A stretch of 63,803 bases of DNA, the filler included, from Intoshia linei (Eukaryota; Animalia; Orthonectida), in the NCBI GenBank assembly GCA_001642005.1. It is 7 parts of 7 records of this genome, joined end to end, with 100 filler letters (N's around TTAATTAATTAA, not from the genome) between each part and the next. Parts side by side here need not be neighbours in the genome. Positions count along the whole stretch, not along the records: positions 52,415 to 56,501 come from LWCA01001988.1; positions 56,602 to 58,589 come from LWCA01002443.1; positions 58,690 to 63,803 come from LWCA01001842.1; 4 more parts are not named here. One strand, 5' to 3'. This document shows, one piece after another, positions 52,415 through 63,803 of the stretch (position 1 is its first letter; each line of letters starts with the position of its first letter). Made by a program: the position numbers and the translations under genes. The notes beneath the pieces are model-generated. The model was not told the origin of the DNA and ran no database searches. It saw only the letters and a program-made list of their open reading frames with translations.

Positions 52415-53190
52415 TGCTTTTACATTAGCTGCTGCACTGTCAGTTATTATTTGGACGACATTTTCAGACCCTAATTTGTTTATTACAGTCATTATGTTAT
52501 TTTTTATAAAATAAGCATGTTTTCGTTCTCCAGAAACATCCACTATACTGTCAAATATAGGGCCATCAGCTGTGAGAATAATAAAATTTAGAATTGAATT
52601 CACAGAAACATCTTTCCATCCATCCGTTGTTAATGTGACCCCCATAATCCAGAGCAACATTAAGGATACTATCAACATTTTTTTTATTTCATTATACTGT
52701 CCATCTAGAAAAGTGGTTCTTAACAAATGCTTACTTGGTGGTTTAAATGAAGGTCCTGCTTTATATACGGCCTTACACATAATAGAAAAATATTTGTTTT
52801 CAACAGAGTGACATGAAATACCAGAACTATAAAAAAATTTAGCAATTTCTTTCTCAGCATTTGTCTGCAAGTCATTCACAGTAAATATCTCATTAATTTA
52901 AACATCATTTGGTCGTTTCAGTGATTAATTTTTTAACTGATAAAATATTTTTTCCACATGTGCTGGCATTTTCGTACATTTTCTAACTTGTGTACCCTCT
53001 TGAAAATGTAAACGTATTTTTGTGGCTGAAGACACGTTGAATTTAAAATTACAATAATTGCAAGATACTTCTTTAATACTTCCTAAAATGTCATGTAATG
53101 GTTGCGACAAGTTTACAAATTTGTATTAATTACCTCTAGAAGCCAAAACTTGGACGTGTAACCACTCAGTTCCCTGTGTACGAGGCATAT
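52415..53190 (-). mobile_element. hAT transposase remnant (BED finger + DUF659-like catalytic region), cut by a gap
   Basis: VSCNYCNFKF..SATKIRLH...C; IAKFFYSSGI; FKPPSKHLLRTTFLD; VTLTTDGWKD..ILNF; VVQIITDSAAANVKA. Confidence 0.88.
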
Positions 53191-54661
53191 TTAAATATAA
53201 ATAAATTAAAGTTATTTTTATCTTATTTGAACTTTTTTTTCACTATGCATTATTTAATCGATCGTTTATTGTCTAAAAATTAATAAAACAATTGGAAATT
53301 GCATTAATCATAATTTTGACATCCTTTACTTATATAAAATTGAATTTTTAAGTGTATTACTTTAAGTTTTTTTTAAAGTACGTTTTGGCACAGTTCCAAT
53401 AACATTCTTTACTTATGTAACATGGAATATCTCTATGTGTGTTAGAGCGTATATATAAAAAATTGAAAATAGTAGAATTTAAAAAACCAAATTTCTAATA
53501 CAGTTTGTCGCAGAGAATAATGATATCTCTGTTTCATTTTCTGAATTTGAGTCCTTGAGGGTCAAAACCGAATTTACCCTTTTTTTTTTAAAATAAAATC
53601 AAAACCAAAATGTAATAAATCATAACCTCTGGGACTTGTCTTAAAATCATTAACATTGTCTTAAATCTCAGCGACAGAAACGTACTCCTTCATAGTCAAA
53701 AGCAAAAAATACCGTGTTTTAAAATGTTTTAAAATCAAACATATCTTAAAATTTTATAAAACATATTCTATTATGGTTTTTAACATTATAAGCGTTATCA
53801 TAAATGATTACCTCAAAAAAGTCCATTTTCACGATCAAACGTTAAAACTTCAATTATCCTTTTTTTAAAAATTAAAAGAAAAAGCGATTCGAAAACCTTT
53901 GAGAACCAACATGTTAAAATTTAATTTATCCCAGTTTTCCTGTCTTTGAGAGACAAAATATTTGGAAACAATGATGCATAATAAATTGTATAAATTAATT
54001 AATCTTAAATAAAAATTAACGGATCAATTTAATTAATTGATAAAATTAGTAAAATCTAAAAAAGAAGTGTCCATTGTGTCAAATAAATTAATTTTGATGA
54101 TTTCAATAATATTAACTTTATAATGTAAGAATAAATCAATTAATTTTTGACATGATCTAAAATTTATAAATGAATACAATACGAAATGCTAATTCAATAA
54201 ATATTGTAAAATCAATCAATCATATTGTCCTAATTAACAATTGTAAATAAATACAATGAAATTTAAAATATTTTAAACAAGCACAACAAAGTACTCGTCG
54301 AGTCTTTATTACAAACAGTTGTATCAAGTATAAATTAATTACAATATTATTTAAGTATATCAATAGGCGTGTCATGTTGAGTAGATTACTCCTAAAAGTG
54401 CGTTATTGAGCCACTCAATAATGATAAATGACACGTTATATATTTAAATTCTAAATTTTAGACATGACTTGTCGTTATTTTTAAAATGGCTTAATTTTAA
54501 CATTTGACCAATCATTGATATTTGAAAAAATAATTATAAAACGCTTATATCAATTCAATCATATTGTCAAAATTAATAAATCCATCATTCATTATTCGAT
54601 ATTCAAAGTACAATTAGTTTGATATTCGTTGAATAAATTATATAAAGAACTGAAACAAAAC

Positions 54662-55789
54662 ATGAAATTTACCATGCACAAAGATGTCTCTTATGAATTA
54701 ATAATTAACATGAAGGAAGAAAATGGCAAGAATACCCTAAAATCAAAAATGAGTAGAATGAAAAAGAGAAAAATGAATTCAAAAAATGAAGTAAGATTAA
54801 AAAAGAAGAAAATTGTAATGAAAAATCTGTACAATATATCAAACAAATCAAAGAAAATTTTGTCATACAGCAAGAAAATGGAATGTAAACAGATCAAAAA
54901 GGGTCGAAAAATAGAAGACATCAAATCTATTGTTTTAAACTCGCTATTTCGACCAAATTCGTTCTATAAGATTAATCCTACTCCAAAACGATCTACCCCC
55001 TTAGATGTTACAAATGGATCAATAAATAACATGATATGTGGCTACAATTACGCTAAAATTAATGAAAACAATCAAATCAAACAAAACGATTCTTTAAGTT
55101 TTATTAGTGACAAATCTGACACAGTCCAATCCAAACGCCAAGCTTTTTTGACAGATTTGAAGGATATTAAATATATATCACAAAATTTGTGCCAATTCCA
55201 TGCAAACTCGATGAATAATTATGGTAAATTTAAAATTTTAAGATTACAGCAAAACTTTTGACTTTAATTCGATCTAAAATTTACATTTGTAACTTCAAAT
55301 TTAGACAATCTGAATCAAATCTCATTTTCACATAATGCAATAAAAACAAATTTAACGAAATCAAAAGTTTTGGGCCGCAGAAAACTTCGATATTTGAATG
55401 AAAAATACGGTATATCGGCGAACCGTCATCTGAATGCAAATGAACCAATTGACATGAATGAAAAAGCAATACACCCGAACGCAAAAAAATGCATCAAGTT
55501 GAATTCATTTATTAGACAAAAAATGCAAAATAGTCCTCAGAATTGTAATGATCCGGAAATAAATGAATATAGACATTGGCTAAAAAGCAATTCATCTACA
55601 TCCTTATTTTATCAAAATTCAATTTTAAACGTTTCAGCAACGCAATTTTCCTCAAGCAATAAATGCTCGATCCAAAATAAAGATTTACAATACACAATAA
55701 AACAACAATGTGACATTTCATATTTGCATCCTAGCCAATTTCAACCGACCGGAAATTATGATTTCATCAATTACAATGATTATCTTTAG
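54662..55789 (+). CDS. Hypothetical Lys/Asn-rich protein, 2 exons, ~348 aa
   Basis: ORFs 54629-55261 and 55370-55789 join in frame via a GT-AG intron at 55224-55304 (NNY|DNLNQ...KVLGRRKLRY). Basic clusters KKRK and KKKK. Confidence 0.65.
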
Positions 55790-56373
55790 TTTCTAGGTCA
55801 AGAATCATATCTTTCTCTAATGATTGATAATTAGGAAACACAATTGATTTTTAAATTTTATTTGAACTACCTTTCACCATTTTGTTGTAGTTTTAATGAA
55901 TAAACCACTTTCCATTATTGTTTTGTTGTATGGTAGGTGTTGGCCTAACATTGTTGGGTGTGTTGTGATTATTTTGCAATTAACTTAAATATTTAATAAT
56001 ATTCCAATTATTGTTTATCGATGCAAATTAGATTTATCGATAAATTATCTCAGAGATAGGGAAGCATTTACAGTTCTAAGGATGCACTAACTATTAATAA
56101 CTAAATATGAAATATTAAATTTAATGAATAATAACTTTTTAGTATATTTCATTCAATTTTGTAAAATGTTATGAGAAAAAACCAAAATTTATCAACCTCA
56201 TAATACTCATAATTTCCCGGGAAACCCCTAATCATATCCTCCTCGAGATTTGATTATTAGTGGTGAATGGTACTCTTATAAGTAACATCCTACATTTTTT
56301 CAAGTCCTTTTTTTGAAGAGTTAATAACGCTCTTTGCCAAGATCCCCCATCTTCCCACAAGGAGTAAGGAACA

Positions 56374-56482
56374 CACGGAATTTAGCCGGTAAAAGCAGTT
56401 GCCGACCTCACACTACGAAGAAGCATTCAGGCCCGTGAAAGATAACCTTTTAGTTAAATATCATTATAAAGAGGTAAGTAAC
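56374..56482 (-). ncRNA. Candidate HDV-like self-cleaving ribozyme
   Basis: Minus strand: P2 GAAT, P3 GCT, L3 TCTTCGT, P3' AGT, P1' GTGAGGT, (C)GG-CAA, P4 CTGCT-TTT-ACCGG, J4/2 CTAA, P2' ATTC(CGTG). Partial P1 CTTAC upstream and a J1/2 hairpin CCTCTTT/AAAAGG. Confidence 0.4.
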
Positions 56483-56661
56483 TTATTTAAATTATTTCAA
56501 GNNNNNNNNNNNNNNNNNNNNNNNNNNNNNNNNNNNNNNNNNNNNTTAATTAATTAANNNNNNNNNNNNNNNNNNNNNNNNNNNNNNNNNNNNNNNNNNN
56601 NAGCATACATTTTTTGCTTGTTTGATGGATATCTTTAAATGTATGACCAATTTAGAAGTGC

Positions 56662-56868
56662 TGGAAATATAAGGACGTTTTAAAACATCCTTACTATAAG
56701 AAACAATAAAGTATAGATTTTTCACATTATATAGAATTACTTTATTATCATTATAGTTNNNNNNNNNNNNNNTGGAAATATAAAAACGTTTTAAAACATC
56801 CTTACTAGAAGAAACAATAAAGTATAGATTTTTCACATTATATAGAATTACTTTATTATCATTATAGT
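56662..56868. repeat. Two ~96-bp direct copies separated by a short N run
   Basis: ggaaatataa..acgttttaaaacatccttacta.aagaaacaataaagtatag...attatagtt occurs twice with about 3 mismatches. Confidence 0.7.
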
Positions 56869-57019
56869 TTAAATTTTCACATGTTGAAATACGAGAAGAA
56901 CAGATAATATCATATAAATATATTTAACTAGCTTGGCAGTTTTGTACTACGTACAAACAGCAGCTAGCTCTGTTAAAGACACTCTTTTATTATAATATAA
57001 AAATTTGTAATTTGTATAT

Positions 57020-57190
57020 AGATTTTGATAATATTTAAACTTTTTGATAGCCCAGACCATTGCAAAAAGTTCTTTATCTACGGTGCTGTATCGTATATAT
57101 GTTGTATTAAAAGTTTTACTTAAGTATGTTATGACGTAGTTGCCTTGCCGTAAAGTTGTTCTCATACCTTGATGTGACGCATCGGTCTAT
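57020..57190 (-). mobile_element. Ty3/Gypsy RNase H fragment
   Basis: DASHQGMRTTLRQGNYVITYLSKTFN....YSTVDKELFAMVWAIKKFKYY. Confidence 0.85.
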
Positions 57191-57495
57191 CATCGCACTA
57201 TATTAATCTTAAAGTTCAATTCTAGAAATTTACGCATTCTTAATGAAAAATAATTTTTAATACATTATTAACCAATATTTTTCAAATATTTTGATAAATA
57301 CTAAATATGAATAAAAATTAAAAATGTAAATATTAATCCTACAATTTCAAAAAACATGTGCAGTTAATGTCTACAAAATTTTAATATAGAAATATGGGTA
57401 CAAATCTATATAATTTATTCTTTCGACATTTTTAAACTTAAAATTCTTATTTTAAAATATTGACATGTGTCAATAAACGTTATTTATTCGTTTAG

Positions 57496-58553
57496 AATGT
57501 CCACGCGAAAATTCTACAAAATATTGCGACGGAACAATTCATTCAAAACGTAAATAATTATAAATTTTTAATTACAGCATAACACCTGAGATGTTTCTAA
57601 AACGTTACAAGATAAAATATTAAATTTATAAAATGCGCCATTTTTTTTAACTTGAAAATTATTATAAAAATGATAAAAACATAATATAAAATATTAAATT
57701 TAGATAATTTAACCAATTTTAACTTTTTTTTTTGCATTGCAAACGATTTTAACTTAAAATTTATTGCATTTTAAAAGAACCAAAGAATTAATATAATATA
57801 TTTAAATTATATTTATGATTCGTTAAAATAACTTATAGTTGATAAAATTTTTTATTTAAATTCCACTGAAGTTATAACTGACTGTGCTACTTGTAACAGT
57901 GAAAATAGTTTAAATTGTTTGGTCTTTAGATTTAATTATGATATATCAAAGCTAGTAAAGTATGTAAAGATTATTAGCTTTTGTATAATGACATATAAAA
58001 AAATACTCAAAATATTTAATGCAGAGTGCAAAACCTGCAGCCGTACGGCAGAATGCGACATAAAGTCGTTTATTTGCTGCTGAGGGTAATTTATGTGATT
58101 ATAATGCAATATATCATTGTACTTTAAATTGAAAAGTTTAAATCAGATTTTATTTAAAGACTATTTAATGATATTTAATATTGATATTACTTGCTCAAAA
58201 TAGATTTAAAGCTTTTCAGTGTAAAAGTAAATTTTGTGCAGCCGTAGTATCAATGAGGAAAATAGCTTTGCGGCTGAATTAGTAGAAAGGTGGTGCACCC
58301 CTGGGCTAAGGGATATAAGACTACAGGAATTATTGCAAATAATTTTTAAGACGTTATTTAGAATTTCAAATGTTTTAAATGTCATTTATATTTCAAAAAA
58401 AAATTTAGTGTTCATTATGATTATTTATCATTGATAAAATTCTCAATTTAGACTGCAAAAATATTATACATGGATGTAAGGAATGTAATTCAATTGGAAC
58501 GCAGTGCTATTATTGTGAAAATGATTATAGCAGAGATATAAATATATGTATAG
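57496..58553 (+). other. Exons encoding CxxC (furin-like) cysteine-rich repeats; gene fragment between two gaps
   Basis: Symmetric phase-1 exon 58452-58553 reads CKNIIHGCKECNSIGTQCYYCENDYSRDINICI. The ~57872 segment reads ITDCATCNSENSLNCLVF, and 57496-57549 reads CPRENSTKYCDG. Confidence 0.5.
58022..58303. mobile_element. hAT-type MITE
   Basis: CAGAGTGCAAAACCT...AGGTGGTGCACCCCTG ends. The TSD is not clear. Confidence 0.55.
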
Positions 58554-58689
58554 GTATATATATAATTATATAAAGTTACATTTTTATGTNNNNNNNNNNN
58601 NNNNNNNNNNNNNNNNNNNNNNNNNNNNNNNNNTTAATTAATTAANNNNNNNNNNNNNNNNNNNNNNNNNNNNNNNNNNNNNNNNNNNN

Positions 58690-59091
58690 TTTTGGGGGTT
58701 TTTCAAAGTACCGACAATTATATTTATATATTTAACATCGTTTTTAAATAACTTCGAACAATTTTTAAAACACGATTTTATCCTTTCAATTTCCTTCAAA
58801 TATACCTGATCGATTTTACCACAATTGTTTTCAGATGGTAACGATTTGCCCATGTTTGTAAAAAATTTTTTTAAGTTTTTGTTGTTTAACTTGTATAAGG
58901 TTTAACGAGGCAAAAAGTTCTGCTATGTCAATGGCAAAATCACTTTTTAATTTGCAATATTTACGGATTGGAGTAGTATCATTCAAAGTTAATGATTTGT
59001 GTTTAACAGACGACCTATGACTCTGAACATCATATTTTTCAAATGAGACATCATAATTGCATTTGATACAAATTAAACTGCCGGCCTTCAT
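58690..59091 (-). pseudogene. hAT/CGGBP1-like transposase N-terminal remnant
   Basis: LICIKCNYDV..EKYDVQSHRSSVKH (zinc finger), FAIDIAELFASLNL, then a frameshift to GKSLPSE. Confidence 0.65.
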
Positions 59092-60024
59092 TTTAAATTC
59101 ATTTGGAAATATTCTTAAAATATTAATTTTTTTTGTTTCGACTTTGGAAATTTAGGCATTAACTGATTATNAAACTGCCGGCCTTCATTTTAAATTCATT
59201 TGGAAATATTCTTAAAATATTAATTTTTTTTGTCTCGACTTTGGAAATTTAGGCATTAACTGATTATTAGATTAAAATTTGGTTAAGATTCAGATTTGTA
59301 AAATTTAAAACAATGCAATGCACATTATGCATTGCTCTGTGCAATTTACACATGTAAATAATTATTTATAATTGAATATTTCAAAATCTAACTTTATTAA
59401 CATTTTAAAAAATCAAAAAATTTTAACTTATTTAACCGTATTAACTTTATAAAATTTTAATTAGCCAATTAATATTGACGATATTGGTGCCATCATGCTG
59501 GAAATGTTAAACTATTTAACATTAAATTTTAACTATTCTGACTTTTGCTTGCCCTAATCATATATCAATATTTATTGGAATTCAGATTTTATCGTTAATA
59601 TTGCATTGTTTTCAACTGGTGCACCACAAAAATACTTCACAAAATACTGAAAAATTATTTACGAATTTATCTTTATTTACGGCAGCGATCAGATCCACCT
59701 ACTATTATGGAGAGCTCTAAAACTTATTTTTCAATCGATGCTTAATGTAATGTAACCCTAGCCTCGTTTCCACGGGTTCGGATTTGGCAGTTTAAATTTG
59801 ACACCCAATTGATGATACAAAAATGACAGTAATTTTCAAAGGTGTGTTGGATAACGTAGCAATATGACGAATAAAAAAATTTGAATGTCGAATATTGAAA
59901 AAAGTTGAAAATGGCCGATTTTTATCACGTATTTTCAACTTTTTTAATTTGAGCAATCAGTTGAAACTTAAAATGTGACATTAAATCGTCAAATTGGATA
60001 CAAAACTTACATGTTAATATATAG

Positions 60025-61206
60025 GTGAAAACATCAACATTGCATGGTCACCCGATGGTAAACATATTGGAGTAGGAAGCAATGAAGATTTGATAACGTA
60101 CTTTTAATATTTAATTTTTGTAATTAAATTTTCTGGTTAGATTTATTGATGCAAGTACATCAAAAATAATTTCAGAATATCAATTTCGATATGAAGTCAA
60201 TGAAATTACATGGGATCCAACCGGAAATTTATTTGCTTTAACGAGTGGAGAAGGTGCAATTCATATTCATAGCTATACTTCGTAAGTTTCTGATATTAAG
60301 ACTAAAAATTATAAAATAATGTTTGTAAAGTATCCTAAACATTGACCTCGATAATTGTTTTTTTAAATGGAGTTTAAGAATTTTGGGATAAAATACGAAA
60401 TAAATTGACGCAAAATTAGTAAAAATTTTTCTCTCACAACAGAATCTACCAATGTACAGCCTTTCTTCCAGAAAAACAAAAATATTTCGCCGAATCTAAT
60501 TAAAAAAACACTATACTAAAGCTTATTTAGCAATTTTGATGCAAGCAAGGAGAGTATACTGAAAGGGCATTCTGTTAATTGCATATGTATTAAATTTTCG
60601 AATGATGGAAAATACCGTAAATATTTATTGATATTTTCAGCATTAATAACATTTAGTGGCTTGTGGAAGTGCGGATGCTAGTGTATCATTATGGAATACA
60701 AAAAATTTTATTTGTGAACGTGTTATCACCAGGTAAATCTAATTTTCACGATATTATACTGATGAAGGACATGGGCACCTGTCATTTAATAACCATTTCA
60801 TTAATTCCTCTGAAACAAACTAGGCCAAAAAAAATACTTGGAAATTGCCAGCAAAATCTTTGGACAACTCGCTCATGTCATATTGATGTTATGTTTATGA
60901 TAAAATTATGTATTCCCAAAATTTTAGACAACAATGGCCCGTAAGAAGTTTAGCATTCAGCCATGACTCGCGTCTGATAGCCATCGCTTCTGAGGACAAT
61001 GGAGTGGACATTGCACATGTACATACCGGTATTTATTTTGCCAATTTCTTTATAAATGAATAGGAGAACAAGTACATCTTATAAAAACGATTGGATCTAC
61101 ATTTTCAGTAGCATGGAACCCAACCAAGTACGTTTTGGCTTTTTCCTCGGAAGGTAAGGTTGACAGAGACCAAGATGTTATACACTTGTTTGGATTTGAA
61201 TCTTAG
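60025..61206 (+). CDS. THOC3: THO complex subunit 3 (WD40), 5'-partial, 6 exons seen
   Basis: GENINIAWSPDGKHIGVG, FIDA, QFRYEVNEITW, GHSVNCICIKFS.DGKY, GSADASVSLW, WPVRSLAFSHDSRLIAIASED, TFSVAWNP and LFGFES*. Confidence 0.92.
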
Positions 61207-61225
61207 TAAACAATTAATTTATTTT

Positions 61226-61583
61226 TTAATCTTTTTTTTTCTTGGCGTAACGTGATTTTTGCCATTTAATGGGATTCTTTCGATAACTTGGCCAAGGTAC
61301 TAAAGAAACTATGGCAGCTACAGACATACCACACATGTTTATTATTAGCATTGTCAGGTATTGTTGAAGTACAAATCCTACGACGAATCCAATTATCTAA
61401 AAAATTTAGTTAAATCTACTATTAATTTTATTTTATTTACGGATGTAAATATGATTATTTTGTTGATGTTTGATGCTGCATTGCTCTGTCCTTTGTAATC
61501 CTAGGTTAAGATTATTATTATTTATAACGTTTTACCATGTGGACGGGAATGGATCGCAAATAATTTAATATTGGTAAATTCAT
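61226..61583 (-). CDS. SPCS1: Signal peptidase complex subunit 1 (SPC12), 3 exons
   Basis: MNLPILNYLRSIPVHM|DYKGQ...|IIGFVVGFVLQQY...LVPWPSYRKNPIKWQK...*. Confidence 0.93.
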
Positions 61584-62329
61584 CTACTTACAAAATTTCA
61601 GGTTTTGGAAATGAATATGAAACCAACGTTATGAGTAATATGAACATTATTGCAAAGCAATAGTCTATTGACAACTAAAAAAAGTATGTTTATTGAAACA
61701 AATGACTTTCGAGAAAATTAAATTATCAATAGGTAATTAGGGTGTGCAGTTTTGACAATTTTTGTTAAATTAAAAAAGTGTATTTACTGAATGTTCCAAA
61801 TGTTATTTAGAACATAATTATCCAAAAAAAATTCTTTGGTGCCATTTACGCTACCCGTTTATGGATCATATGGACGGAGTATAAAATCTAATGGAATTTA
61901 TTTTTTGGGATTATTCTGATTATGAATTATAACCTTTTTTAAATGTTAAATATTATAATATTAGGGCGTCCATTTTTTTTATTAAAAATCCCATTTTTCA
62001 CGTGGATTCCTTTTTTGGTTTTAAGCATTTATCCAAAAAAATGAAATCAGTTAATTTTACACGATACTAAAATAATTGATATTGATAAATCGTGCAAACC
62101 AGTGTTTTTTATGTTCAAAGGTTTTTTCAAATTTAAAGCCATTTCAGCTAGATTTTTTGTTACCGTAGTTATATTATTAAATTTTCGATTTTAAGTTTGT
62201 AATGATGAACAATAAAAGATACAGTAAGAGCTTTAATTAACTAGAAAACGATTTTAAGATCGATAATATAAATGTATTTTTAAGATCTATTTTGGTATCT
62301 ATCACTACATTTCCCACACTAAAATTTGT

Positions 62330-63803
62330 AATAATCTAATAAATGATAAGGTTGACGTGATTTGAATGGTGGTTGTCGTTTTGATATGATAAATTTGTTT
62401 TTAATAAATTCTTGATTGTGATTTGAATTTTATTATTATAATTTTTGCTTACTCGTTTGTTGTGTATGCTTTTTTGATATTTTATTTGTTCATTTAATTT
62501 TATTCTTTCAACGTATTTTTTATTGTGCATGTTAAATCCCAACACTATTTCTGATCGTGTTACGCCATTTTTACAAAAAACTATTGATCTTAAACTCATT
62601 AATATTAAGTAAATGGTGATATCCCAATTTTTATTATTTAAATATATTCGAAGTTTTTCTCTAATAACTATTTATTCTCTCAACAAGACCATTTTCATTA
62701 TGACAGTATGGTTTTGAGTAAGTTTTGTTAATATTGTAAATTTTACATAATTCAATTATTACATCGCTTTCGAATTGTTTTACACTATCAAAATGTATTT
62801 CACATGGAGGACCATATCTTATAATTATATTTTTTATAAGGGAATTTGCAATATTTGTACTTTTATTTCCGTAAGAGGTTCAGCCTCTACCCACTCTGAA
62901 TAGTGATCGCACATTACTAGTAAATATTGTTTTAATTTATCAGTGGTTTGTACTGGGCCAAGTATGTCAACTTGCCAAAGTTGATTAAAATAATTAATAG
63001 TTACAGACTTTAAGGGTTTGTAATGGTTGTGATTTTGATATTTGTTTAAATTACATTTTTCACAATTCATGATGTGATTTTTTATGTCTTTGTACATGAG
63101 GTCAATAATATTTAGTCTTTATAGCTTGTAATGTCTTGAAAATTCCTGGATGTGCAAATACACATGAATTATATTAATAATTAGCAATTATTTTTACTTG
63201 ATTGTCTGGTATTCATATTAGTAATTTGTTGTTTTCATTTAAATAAACAATATTATTAATAATTTTGATTTTAGGCATTAAAGATTAGTATTTATTTGTC
63301 GTTTGTACTGTACCATTTTTGATTTGATTTAAATTAATATGATTATTCTGTAGAGTTAATGCACTTAATTTATTAAATTGTATTGAATTAACCTTGCGAG
63401 ATAGTGTATCAGCCGTGTGATTTAAAGATCCTGGTCTATATATGAATTCATAGTCAAAAGCTTCAATCTTTAATAACCACCTTATAAGAACCTCTGGGCC
63501 ATTTTTTTATTGTCTAATATGAGTTAAAGATGCATGATCAGTGATAATTTTGACTTAAATTCCTGAAATGTATTTTCTGAATTAAGCCGTACTTAGATAT
63601 GTAGCCAATAGTTCTTTTTGCGTTGTGCTATATCCCATTTGGCAATCATTCAGTTTTTTGCTGAAGTATTCAATTACTTTACCATTTTGTATTAATACGG
63701 CTCCCACTCCTACATTTGATGCATCGCATTCAATGATGAATGGTTTTCCAATTTCAGGTAATGATAAAACTGGTGTAGATTTTAATGCTAATTTTAAATT
63801 TTC
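62330..63803 (-). mobile_element. Degenerate Ty3/Gypsy pol (RNase H-integrase), runs off the window
   Basis: PFIIECDASNVGVGAVLIQ, YSTTQKELLA, TDHASL, YRPGS.NHTADTLSR, HPG...C..C, WQVDILGP, CDHYSEWVEA and NGLVER. Multiple stops and frameshifts. Confidence 0.93.

Noticed and set aside
59074-59268. ~97-bp near-exact tandem duplication
   Set aside because: The copies are separated by a single N, the signature of an unmerged contig overlap.
1-63803. CRISPR arrays, rRNA, prokaryotic systems or a variant genetic code
   Set aside because: No repeat-spacer arrays or rRNA were seen. Intact genes translate with the standard code, and in-frame stops occur only in decayed elements.

Overview
Very AT-rich eukaryotic (animal) genomic scaffold with compact genes, many tiny GT-AG introns (about 28-45 nt), strongly diverged proteins, and six 100-nt artificial gap spacers (N44-TTAATTAATTAA-N44). 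The overall style resembles a reduced invertebrate parasite genome such as the orthonectid Intoshia; this is inference only. Genes reconstructed by hand-splicing: laminin alpha chain (3' part: coiled coil + LG1-5, minus), RPL14, a 5-exon orphan gene, a small membrane protein, type II pantothenate kinase, a multi-Tudor protein, alpha-carbonic anhydrase, DNAJC3, an AdipoR-type PAQR plus a second tandem PAQR paralog absent from the ORF track, a 2-exon Lys/Asn-rich orphan, Cys-rich (CxxC) exons, THOC3 (3' part) and SPCS1. Introns and intergenic DNA are filled with decayed transposons: hAT of several lineages, Tc1, MULE, Ty3/Gypsy, hAT and pogo-type MITEs with TSDs, a non-autonomous Helitron family and a ~115-bp dispersed satellite. 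The most unusual signal is a two-copy repeat that folds like an HDV-like self-cleaving ribozyme. No CRISPR, rRNA or convincing tRNA was seen. I cannot establish a wholly new biological system from the sequence alone.
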